32,000 nt of DNA. Origin: Thermoproteus tenax Kra 1. Lineage in GTDB: Archaea; Thermoproteota; Thermoprotei; Thermoproteales; Thermoproteaceae. The notes under the pieces are model-generated. The model was not told the origin of the DNA. It worked only from the letters and a program-made list of their open reading frames with translations, and did no database searches. Position numbers and translations under genes: made by a program. The DNA is taken from the NCBI RefSeq assembly GCF_000253055.1, contig NC_016070.1, forward strand, positions 210,001 to 242,000. The letters run 5' to 3'. Shown here piece by piece: positions 17,251 through 25,076 of this stretch (positions within the stretch are counted from its first letter, which is position 1; the number at the start of each line of letters is the position of its first letter).

Positions 17251-18536
17251 GGATGTAGTGCTAGTTGTGGTGTGTTATGGTTTTGTATGTTGGCGCTGTT
17301 GGGTCTGGGTTTTTGCGGGTGTTGGTGGACGTTCTAGGCCGGTGGTGTTGCGCTTTACATCGCCTCTGGTAGTGTTTTTATTTGGAGGGGGTGAGTTTCA
17401 GGAGGGTGAGGTTGTTGAGGTTGTGCGGAGGTTTCTAGTGGGGGCTGGCTACATGTTGGCGTTTTTGGCGTCAGGACGGGACTGACGTTGTGGCGTATAG
17501 GGGGGCTTTTGGTTGTCGAGATGAGGGGTGTGCCTACTGGTGTTAAGGTTAGGGGGCGTGGGTATGCCTAGGAGTAAAGCGGCGGTGCGTCAGTAGCTTT
17601 GGAATTGGCCTGCGGAGGTGGTGGCCGAGCTTATGGAGCATGAGTACGAGTGGGCGGTTGGCTGAGAGGGGTAGTGAGGCAGCTTAGGGAGAGAGTGGAG
17701 GTGCCGTGTCGAAGGTGAGGTGGGTTGGCGCTTTTGGCTATCATGGGGAGTACGTCCGCGTGTTTAAGAAGAGAGGACACGCGATAGCTAGGTGTGGGTA
17801 CGAGATCTGACTGGCGAGAAAAGATGGGATACAAATGCTGATACCCGGCCGCGTCTAGCTGTGTTGCCCTCGGCGTAGGCAAGCCCAAGGTCTGGGATTT
17901 AGGGCACTATGTGGCGCTATTGTCATTGGGCCAGCTTTGGCACGGAGCTAGACCTCCTCATGGAGGTAGCCTCTTGGAAACACGGTGATGTACTGCCGAC
18001 GTCAAGCAGTTCTATGCGTAGTTGTGGCGGCCGCTGTCTCCAGAGGATATTGTTACACTCCGCGTGTTAAATCCCGCCTTGGCTGCTGGAGGGCTCCGGT
18101 GGGCGCCCGCACTTAGCCTGTCTCCATCACGCCGGTTGCGCCCAGTGAGCCTACCGGGGGTATTACGGAGCGTTGACCCATCCGGCTGTTCGGCGGGCCG
18201 CGGCTGGGGACCGCCTTTTATGTGCTACACCACCTCGGGGGGCTCTCACCTCGACGCCGCACCTCTCTGCGACTTCGGAGCCGCATCGTTGTCAACGCTG
18301 TGGAAGCTGTCCCCGATTCTTTCAATGGTCCGGAGTGGGACTACCGGCTCTGTTCCGCCGACCGGCGGCGTGGACAAGTTACCACCCCCGCCTCTGGACT
18401 AAGACCTCGTCGACTGCGCGTTATCTCAGAGAGGGTGGCAAACCGTGATCTGACCGGCGGCTGGGAAGTGGGAGGATGTCGTGTTAACGCCCCTGCCTGC
18501 GCCTCTTATGTTGAGTACGATTGGCCACGGCGGGGC

Positions 18537-18875
18537 CTATATCCTGACGCTCCTCCTCATTAGGTTGGCCATGAGTTTCGCCAGCTCTTCGTAGGTCTGG
18601 GCCACGTTCTCGTTTAGAGCGGCGAGTATCTGTTTGACCTCGGCGAGGTCCTTCCCGATGTTGTCCAGCTTTCTATCTACATCATCTAGTTTTTTGTTCG
18701 TATCGTCTAGCTTTCTGTTCATGTCGCCCATCATCTTGACGATGACGAGGAGGAGCGCCGTCTGGAAGTCCTCCCTCGAGATCTTCTTCTGCAGATAGGC
18801 CTGCACAGCGGTCTCTAGGGCCTCCTCGGCGGCCTTGCCCAGAACAGCCGCGATCAAGTTCTCAGCCACATCCAA
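18537..18875 (-). CDS. Small coiled-coil protein with tandem 'KLDD/KLDN' heptad-like repeats; function unknown
   Basis: TTG start with 'gcttatatgg' (minus strand) about 20 nt upstream. The sequence contains '...MNRKLDDTNKKLDDVDRKLDNIGKDLAEVKQIL...'. Confidence 0.6.
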   Translation of the reverse strand: MDVAENLIAAVLGKAAEEALETAVQAYLQKKISREDFQTALLLVIVKMMGDMNRKLDDTNKKLDDVDRKLDNIGKDLAEVKQILAALNENVAQTYEELAKLMANLMRRSVRI

Positions 18876-19143
18876 TCCGCCGCCCCTCCATATAAGCCTT
18901 TCGGGTGCAGATCCCTCTGCCAGCGGCTGCCGCCTTTGACATTACAACCGAAGGCCTCGCCCTATAGGGCGGGGATTGACTCTATATTTTTCATGGCGAA
19001 GAGGGCTGAGAGGGGCCTAGATGGCGCGCTCCGTACGGCGGCCAACGGCGGATGGCCCCCGCATGAGCGGGGAGGAGATCAGTATACGTTCTAAATCTTA
19101 AGAATCTTAAGATAAGCTCTTTTTAACGGGCGTTCATCTTTTT

Positions 19144-19998
19144 GTGGAGACAAGGGAGTATGTCACTCTGCTTCACGGAGCTTGGTCGAAGTGGGATAGG
19201 ATAAAGCGCTTAGTGTATAGGGAGCTGGGGGTGAGGAATACTGAGGAGCTCATCCGGCGGTTCGTGGACGTAGAGAGCTGCCGGCCGTTGGACGTGGAGA
19301 CTCTGGCGTCGGCGTTGCGCAAGTTCGTCGAGCCGGCCGACCCCGGCGCCTTCGCCACGCCCTTCTTCGACCCCCGCTACCCATGCGAGCTCCTGCGGTA
19401 CCCCGCCTATGGAGACGTGCTCTACCCGCCCCTCATGCTCTACTGGAGCAGGGAGTTCAACGCCAACGAGCGGCCGGCGGTGGCGGTGGTTGGGACGCGG
19501 AGGTGCTCCAGCTGGGGGAGAAAGACGGCGAGGGAGCTCGGCAGAGCTCTGGCGTCTAGGGGCTACGCCGTCGTGACCGGGCTCGCCGAGTGTGTAGACG
19601 CAGAGGCGGCGCGCGGCGCTCTAGATGCCGGCGGAATAGTCGTGGGCGTGAGGCCGTGGCTGAGGCCGCTCGAGCTCCCCAGAGAGTCTGCGCCGTTGGC
19701 CAAGAGGGTTGTTATCGTCAGCGAGCGGCTGGAGAAGCCGAGGGGGGACGTGAGGCGGCTCTACTTCCTCCGCAACAGGATAATAGCGGGGATGGCCAAG
19801 GCGGTGGTGGTCGTGGAGGCGCGGGAGGGCGGCGGGACGATGCACCAGATAGAGCTGGGACTGAGGCGGGGGAAGCCCGTCTATATAATGAAGCCCGCCT
19901 CTGAGGACTACCTGCCCGCCTACAAGGCCTTCTTAGAGAAGGGCGCCGAGGAGGTAGAGGACATCGCGCAGCTCCTACGCTATGTACAGAGGGCTTGA
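19144..19998 (+). CDS. dprA: DprA/Smf-like (SLOG/Rossmann) DNA-processing protein
   Basis: 'VAVVGTRRCSSWGRKTARELGRALASRGYAVVTGLAECVDAEAARGALDAGG', 'FLRNRIIAGMAKAVVVVEAREGGGTMHQIELGLRRGKPVYIM' matches the DprA core pattern (VGsR...SGlA.GiD...F..RNRii.gl....vvvEa...sG). GTG start with 'ctttttaac' about 20 nt upstream. Confidence 0.8.
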   Translation: METREYVTLLHGAWSKWDRIKRLVYRELGVRNTEELIRRFVDVESCRPLDVETLASALRKFVEPADPGAFATPFFDPRYPCELLRYPAYGDVLYPPLMLYWSREFNANERPAVAVVGTRRCSSWGRKTARELGRALASRGYAVVTGLAECVDAEAARGALDAGGIVVGVRPWLRPLELPRESAPLAKRVVIVSERLEKPRGDVRRLYFLRNRIIAGMAKAVVVVEAREGGGTMHQIELGLRRGKPVYIMKPASEDYLPAYKAFLEKGAEEVEDIAQLLRYVQRA

Positions 19999-20743
19999 GC
20001 TCAGAAGAGACTTCATATACTACAATGGGAGCCCCCTGGCCAGGCTGATTACCAGCTTCCCCTCGCGGCGCTACTGCCCCATATGTGGCCACCCCCTCCC
20101 CAGGGGCTCAACAGAGTGCCCACTTCATGGTCCAGAGGAGAGAGTTGACGCCACTATGGCGGTAGGCCTCTACTACACTGTGAAAGCTGAGAGATCTGGC
20201 TACGGAAACCAACTCACTAACCTGATCCTCAGACTTAAGCAGTCTGTGGAAGAGGCGAAGCTGCTCGGCGCCGCCATGGCTCTGTTGGTCAGAGAGGGCG
20301 TATTCCGCATCAGCGACGTAGATGTCGTGACCTATGTCCCCAAGAGACGGGAGGAGTTCAAGGTAGACGAGGAGACGGGGAAGCGTTTTAATCAAGCGTA
20401 TCAGCTTGCACGTGCAGTCGCACATCACCTTCGTCTAGGCAAGCCGGTAAAGACGGTCAGAAAAGTGAAGCCTTTTACTCTTCAGGGGCTGAGGCGAGAT
20501 GAGAGGTATAGGTTAGCCTACGCCGGATATGAAGTGCTGCAGAATGTAGCCGACAGAATTCGGGACAAGAGCGTGCTTCTGGTTGACGACGTTAGGACGT
20601 CGGGCGCTACGGCCAACGCAATAGCGGCGAAGCTCAAAGAGCTCGGCGCTAAAAAGGTCTACCTCTTCGTGGCGGGGCGCACAGCAGAGATATCTATACT
20701 AAACGAGATATGCTCCAACGCAGAGGGTTGCGAAAAACCATAG
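19982..20743 (+). CDS. comF: ComF(C)-like phosphoribosyltransferase-fold protein with an N-terminal Zn-finger
   Basis: 'CPICGHPL...ECPLHG', 'KRFNQAYQLARAVA', 'LQGLRRDERYRL' and the PRPP-loop-like 'VLLVDDVRTSGATANAIAAKLKELGAKKVYLFVAGR'. Overlaps dprA by 17 nt. Confidence 0.8.
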   Translation: MYRGLELRRDFIYYNGSPLARLITSFPSRRYCPICGHPLPRGSTECPLHGPEERVDATMAVGLYYTVKAERSGYGNQLTNLILRLKQSVEEAKLLGAAMALLVREGVFRISDVDVVTYVPKRREEFKVDEETGKRFNQAYQLARAVAHHLRLGKPVKTVRKVKPFTLQGLRRDERYRLAYAGYEVLQNVADRIRDKSVLLVDDVRTSGATANAIAAKLKELGAKKVYLFVAGRTAEISILNEICSNAEGCEKP

Positions 20744-20858
20744 AACAAGTCGCGCCGATCTGGCTCCAAAGCTCAAACCTCTAGTCCACCTCTGAAATTT
20801 ATGGGACGCTATTTTGGTAAACCTATAGCCCGTACAAGTCAAAACGCCGCCGCCCAAT

Positions 20859-21092
20859 ATGGAAATAGAAATTTCATACAAGAGACGGCGGCGTCCACAA
20901 AGCGAAGAAAGGTCCCAAGCCATCGTCTTCAAAATACGACAAACCCTCAGATCGCTTTCGTTTGACGCGACTCCGAGACAGCCGTACAAGTTCTACTACA
21001 GAGGGAAGAAGCCACAGAAGGTGGGGGAGGTCCTGGAGGTCTCGGCTAAATGTAACAACGGCATGATCCCCATCGTGCCTTGGCCTCTATGA
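20859..21092 (+). CDS. Small basic protein (77 aa), unknown function; probably translationally coupled to the next gene
   Basis: Its TGA stop (21090-21092) overlaps the ATG at 21089 as ATGA. The sequence begins 'MEIEISYKRRRRPQSEERSQ...'. No family recognised. Confidence 0.45.
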   Translation: MEIEISYKRRRRPQSEERSQAIVFKIRQTLRSLSFDATPRQPYKFYYRGKKPQKVGEVLEVSAKCNNGMIPIVPWPL

Positions 21093-21883
21093 CGCTGGTA
21101 ATCGGCGTAGTCTGGCGGGCGGTGCAAGGCGTCTTGGTAGTCGCAGACACTAGATCCTCCATGGGCCCCGTGTTTCTAGAGGAGAGGAAGATACACCCCG
21201 TAAAGCGGGGCGGATTGGGATACGCTGTGTTAGCCGGCTCCGGGAACCCCAAGCTCGTGAAGAAGGGGTATAGGGTGATTGAAGAAACAATAGACAGCTG
21301 GATAGCACAAAACGGCACGCGCACGCCCAAGTCGCAGGAACTCAACAAAATGGTAGACACCGCAGAGCGGCTATTAATAGAAGAGCTCAAATTCCTTAGA
21401 GACAGAGGCATAGATCCGTGCGAAGACGGGTTATCAATACTGTGGGCGTCTGTCTCAGATGAAGGCGACCCACGCCTATACCACATAGACTGCACCGGCT
21501 TAGCAGACGCCAAACACGACAACCCAGGCTACGTCCTCTTGGGCAGGGGTCTCTACACCGGCGCCCTCGCCCTGCTTCGCCTGTTTAACTTCAGCCCAGA
21601 GCACACGTGGGACATGGGCCTTTACACCGCATTCATAATAGACCTAGTGTCCGAGGTCGACTCGTCGGTCTCCCCATTCCTAGGCGATTCCTACCTAATC
21701 AGAAAAGAGGGCGAAAAGGTAGTCCTTGGGCCTCTAAAGCCTGAGGCCTACCAGGAGTACAAGAAAAAGATCGCAAAGAGGAGAGAGGCTATCCAGTTGC
21801 TCTGGCAAGCCCTCGAGAGCGTCGACAACGAGGACGAAGTCATGGAAATACTGAGAGAAAAAATAAGACAGATACAGAAGTAG
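21089..21883 (+). CDS. Divergent proteasome-beta/HslV-like Ntn hydrolase with a helical C-terminal extension
   Basis: From the ATG at 21089 the product starts 'MTLVIGVVWRAVQGVLVVADTRSSMGPVFLEERKIHPV'. Thr follows the initiator Met directly. An Asp lies in the 'ADTR' strand and a Lys at about position 33 counted from Thr1, as in proteasome beta/HslV. 'VLLGRGLYTGA' sits where the GSG loop would be. Confidence 0.6.
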   Translation: MTLVIGVVWRAVQGVLVVADTRSSMGPVFLEERKIHPVKRGGLGYAVLAGSGNPKLVKKGYRVIEETIDSWIAQNGTRTPKSQELNKMVDTAERLLIEELKFLRDRGIDPCEDGLSILWASVSDEGDPRLYHIDCTGLADAKHDNPGYVLLGRGLYTGALALLRLFNFSPEHTWDMGLYTAFIIDLVSEVDSSVSPFLGDSYLIRKEGEKVVLGPLKPEAYQEYKKKIAKRREAIQLLWQALESVDNEDEVMEILREKIRQIQK

Positions 21884-21885
21884 AT

Positions 21886-22188
21886 ATGAATAACATAGAA
21901 CAAAAGAAGAAAGGAATGCGGGTTATTAAGATAGAAGGCGGCAGAATCGTGGCGAGCGAGGGGTTCCTAGAGGCCCTACGTAAATTGCGTTTCACAGTTG
22001 TAGAGGGAAGAGGCGTAGAGATCAAGGTAGGAGGATCCTTAGTAACGAACTACAGCACATACTACTATAACAAGGGAGATATTGTTGTGAGGACGACAGA
22101 CAGAGGTTCGGGCGATATATTAATACAAATAGACGACATTAAAAAGGGAAACAAGACGGAGAGAACGCCTGTCGGAGACCTAGTATGA
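21886..22188 (+). CDS. Hypothetical protein (100 aa)
   Basis: Starts 3 nt after the previous stop and forms an ATGA overlap with the next gene. AT-richer codon usage. No motif recognised. Confidence 0.5.
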   Translation: MNNIEQKKKGMRVIKIEGGRIVASEGFLEALRKLRFTVVEGRGVEIKVGGSLVTNYSTYYYNKGDIVVRTTDRGSGDILIQIDDIKKGNKTERTPVGDLV

Positions 22189-23111
22189 CCGTCAAACGGA
22201 CATACGGCGACCTCTATGGAGAATTGACAAAGTCGCGCGTCCAACAGCTCGTAGACGACGTAAAATGCCTCCTAGATATGATAGAGCGAGCTCAGGATAA
22301 AAACATCTTTAAGGAGCTACCACTATCGACCCTAAAGAAAGCCGCTGAAAAGGTAATGAATATAGCAAAGGGTTTGGGGTACAGCGCATCGTGTCGGCTG
22401 AATAGAGCTGTAACAGACCTCCCCTATGTCCTCTGTGGATTTATACCGCGGATAAGGCCCCACGGCGACATAACTTATGTTTTATATACGCTTAGAAACA
22501 CGCCGCTTAAGATAGCCCAGAGCATATATCCCTCTTTTAACCCAGACGACAGCTTTATCAAAAGCCTAGGGCTAGAGAAGTACCAACCCTTTGGCTCGCC
22601 CCCGATAAAGGAGGTGGAAGACTGGACAACTTTTATCTCTTTTAGAGATTACCCAAGATACTTCTATCTTAAAGAAGAGCCAGGTCGATACATGTCAGAA
22701 TTCAGAGCATATATAACAAATTCTCTTCCCGACGTCCCAATAACCTGTGATAGATCTGTGGGCGTCAGGATAGATGTAAACTTCGACAGCATAATAAACA
22801 ACACCACTATGCTAGGGACGGCGATATTGCTGTTATCCATAACCTCTGCAAGAGCTCTAATGTCCATTGGATTGAGGGAGTGTCCGATATCTAGTGTACT
22901 CACACATGGCATCGCCATGAATTACGACTCCTATTATAGACTCTATGAGTCCTCAAATGGGATATTATCTAAGCGTTGTGGGGAGTCAAGCTACAGGTTC
23001 TTGCTCGAAGATCTAGCACTACATGCAGAACAGATAGTCAAGGGGGATGTAGACATATTCTTCTCAAGAGGTAGCACAGGTACAGTATACCTAATAACTG
23101 CGATTTTGTGA
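22185..23111 (+). CDS. Hypothetical protein (308 aa)
   Basis: Operon position only (4-nt overlap upstream, 9-nt gap downstream). No motif recognised. Confidence 0.55.
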   Translation: MTVKRTYGDLYGELTKSRVQQLVDDVKCLLDMIERAQDKNIFKELPLSTLKKAAEKVMNIAKGLGYSASCRLNRAVTDLPYVLCGFIPRIRPHGDITYVLYTLRNTPLKIAQSIYPSFNPDDSFIKSLGLEKYQPFGSPPIKEVEDWTTFISFRDYPRYFYLKEEPGRYMSEFRAYITNSLPDVPITCDRSVGVRIDVNFDSIINNTTMLGTAILLLSITSARALMSIGLRECPISSVLTHGIAMNYDSYYRLYESSNGILSKRCGESSYRFLLEDLALHAEQIVKGDVDIFFSRGSTGTVYLITAIL

Positions 23112-23120
23112 TGAGAGCCT

Positions 23121-24449
23121 ATGAGTTTCCTGCTTCAAAAATTACGAGAGCACATCAGAAAAACCTACCAACCCGAGGTTCTGAGGGATCTGGAGAGTAG
23201 ACTTGGCCAAGTTGTGGAGAAGCTGGAGTCGGCGCCTGCCGTAGCCGTCCAAAGCGTCGAGTTCTACGAGATCGGGATGAGGATGCAGATTGCGGTGGGA
23301 GATGTAGATATCTACCACGTTGCCTACCCCAGCGATGTGAGCTTCCATCCAGTGGAGCTTTTGGAAGTCGGAATCCCCTTCGTTGGCATAAGTGATCAAG
23401 TTGAGATTTTTGAGCCCCCTCCGCCCGCGCGTCCTCTACCTGATGTAGAGGAGGTTGACCTAGTTGGCGCTCTCGGCATCCAGTGGGAGAGGGCGCCCCG
23501 TGAAGGCACCTTTCTCCTAGAACACAACGGTGGCGACGACTACTCCCTATCTCTGGGGCGAATCGCACTTGAGTTTTTCATTGCAGCCACTGGCAAGTTG
23601 GCCGATTTGAGGATTATAAAGGACGTATCAGAACTTGGTCTGATAGAGGAGGAGGGAGTTTACGTAATAAAAAGCGGGGTGGTAGACAGTAGCGCTTTAA
23701 GATTTATCGAGATTTTAAAACGGTTTAGTGGAAGAGGGCTTAGGTATATTGTGTTCAGCTTCAGCGAATCAGAGAGGTTGGAAAAGACGCTACGCGGGAT
23801 ATTGCGTCAGTATGTGAGAGTAAACAGTGACGCAGAGGCGAAAAAAGCTGTCCAGTGCTTGGCAACAGCCGCCTCAGGTCTCCACCCTACCCTTCGGTCT
23901 GGTCCGGCGTCTGATGATGTCTTCAACCGCTACTGGGAGTTCTACTGGGAACTTCTTGAGAATATGTACCGTGAAGCGAACCTAGAGTTCGATGTGCAAT
24001 CGCCAGGTGAAATAGAGACGGAGCACCACAGAATTTTGAAGGCCTATGTAGCGACTTACCTTAAACAAGAGAAAGAGTGTAAAAACATAAAAGTTGAAAG
24101 TTATAGTTGCAGAGGCTCTATCGTAGACATATATGCTGATGGATGTAAAGATGGCAAATCCTATATTGTAGATGTTAAAACTAGTATAGGCGCCAATCCC
24201 CTCGATGAAATAAGAGAAGTGATAGAGAAGTACCAAGCATGCGGCGATATAGTCGCCGTAGTCATGCGTCCTGTGGTAGTGGCCCTCTTTATCAGAGCAA
24301 TCGCCAGAATGCTCAACATGTTGAGAAGCATATCTACGGAGAAGGTAGTAGACATATGGATACCATCCTACGAAGAAAATAACAAACTTACATTATTAAC
24401 TATAAATGATTTTATACAAAAGCTTAAATTATGTAAAGAGAAGAATTAG
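23121..24449 (+). CDS. Hypothetical protein (442 aa) with a C-terminal PD-(D/E)xK-like nuclease motif
   Basis: 'EIETEHHRILKAYV...GSIVDIYADGCKDGKSYIVDVKTSIG' fits E...D...(D/E)xK spacing. The N-terminal two-thirds carry nothing I recognise. Confidence 0.55.
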   Translation: MSFLLQKLREHIRKTYQPEVLRDLESRLGQVVEKLESAPAVAVQSVEFYEIGMRMQIAVGDVDIYHVAYPSDVSFHPVELLEVGIPFVGISDQVEIFEPPPPARPLPDVEEVDLVGALGIQWERAPREGTFLLEHNGGDDYSLSLGRIALEFFIAATGKLADLRIIKDVSELGLIEEEGVYVIKSGVVDSSALRFIEILKRFSGRGLRYIVFSFSESERLEKTLRGILRQYVRVNSDAEAKKAVQCLATAASGLHPTLRSGPASDDVFNRYWEFYWELLENMYREANLEFDVQSPGEIETEHHRILKAYVATYLKQEKECKNIKVESYSCRGSIVDIYADGCKDGKSYIVDVKTSIGANPLDEIREVIEKYQACGDIVAVVMRPVVVALFIRAIARMLNMLRSISTEKVVDIWIPSYEENNKLTLLTINDFIQKLKLCKEKN

Positions 24450-24754
24450 TACTTTATCAACTTTCTCCTTGGGAATCCTTAGCCTTACTTGTAGGAAAAA
24501 CACCACTTCTTGGTTTCTCTTGACTAACGATGTGCCTATGAAATGTGGCAGCTCCATTTGGACTTAGCGTTCACGTAAGTGTCAAGATAGACGTCGGTCG
24601 CCATATAGCCGTGGAGGCGTCGCAAGGTTAGCTCCGGCCGGCATAAGTTCATAGCTGGATACGCTCAAGGCGGCCGCAGACGCTTGGCAAGGTCTGCAGG
24701 GAGGGTTCCGCTGGGGGGTCTGGAAGAGAGCAGTTTACGCTTCATGAAACCACT

Positions 24755-25076
24755 TCAAACGGCTCTTACATTGAACCTTCCCCTTGAGGCCTCAATAGCG
24801 GTTTCGGCCGCCGCGGGCTCCTGCTCCGCTATGTCAACCAGCTCCCAACCGTCTGTGGGAAGCGTGGATGGGAGTAAGGGCTTGTCGGCCACGGCCTTCT
24901 TCAGCTCCTCAGGCAAGTCCTCAATGTATATGCCGTCCGCAACGCTCACGTCGAAGTTTACACCGCCGAAGGGGGGAGAAGCCGATCTCCTTCACGTTTA
25001 GTATCAGGATCTTTAGCTTAACCACTGCGCCATCGGAGAGCTTGATGGTGCCTACTCCAATCTCGCCAAGGCTCAC
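24755..25076 (-). pseudogene. Small conserved-looking gene interrupted by a 1-nt frameshift in a G6/C6 run
   Basis: Hand translation from the GTG at 25076 gives MSLGEIGVGTIKLSDGAVVKLKILILNVKEIGFSP. At the homopolymer (plus 24971-24976) the frame shifts and continues as FGGVNFDVSVADGIYIEDLPEELKK...RAV* (track ORF 24755..24949). The span is 322 nt, which is 3n+1. A TATA-like 'aaataa' lies about 21-26 nt upstream. Confidence 0.6.

Noticed and set aside
17258-17485. 75-aa ORF (MLVVVCYGFVCWRCWVWVFAGVGG...) as a small membrane protein
   Set aside because: Its V/G/F/W/C/L-rich composition is what any frame of G+T-skewed DNA encodes. There is no independent support. It is kept only as part of the skew finding.
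16961-17487. 11-nt direct repeat 'gactgacgttg' at 16961-16971 and 17476-17486
   Set aside because: A single 11-mer recurrence within about 1.6 kb is close to chance expectation and no extended similarity flanks it.
18300-18420. Possible SRP RNA or RNase P RNA, because of 'GGTCCGGAG' and nearby CCGG-rich stems
   Set aside because: The conserved SRP helix-8 core (GGUCCGGAAGGAAGCAGC-like) and the RNase P CR-I/CR-V strings are not present beyond a short 8-nt resemblance.
18022-18563. Three mutually overlapping plus-strand ORFs (126, 91 and 113 aa)
   Set aside because: All three frames are open at once. The products are R/P/S/G/A-rich with no recognisable motif, which suggests non-coding GC-rich DNA.
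18993-19094. 33-aa ORF (MAKRAERGLDGALRTAANGGWPPHERGGDQYTF) and the adjacent palindrome CGCCCTATAGGGCG (18958-18971)
   Set aside because: The ORF is too short and too low in complexity to call. The TATA-like string is too close to the ATG for a leaderless start. The palindrome may be a terminator or binding site, but I cannot support a specific call.
20699-20989. 96-aa minus-strand ORF in the comF-to-cassette gap
   Set aside because: It overlaps the plus-strand 77-aa ORF, which has an ATGA coupling to the downstream gene. It has no motif and no promoter-like context, so the plus-strand reading is preferred.
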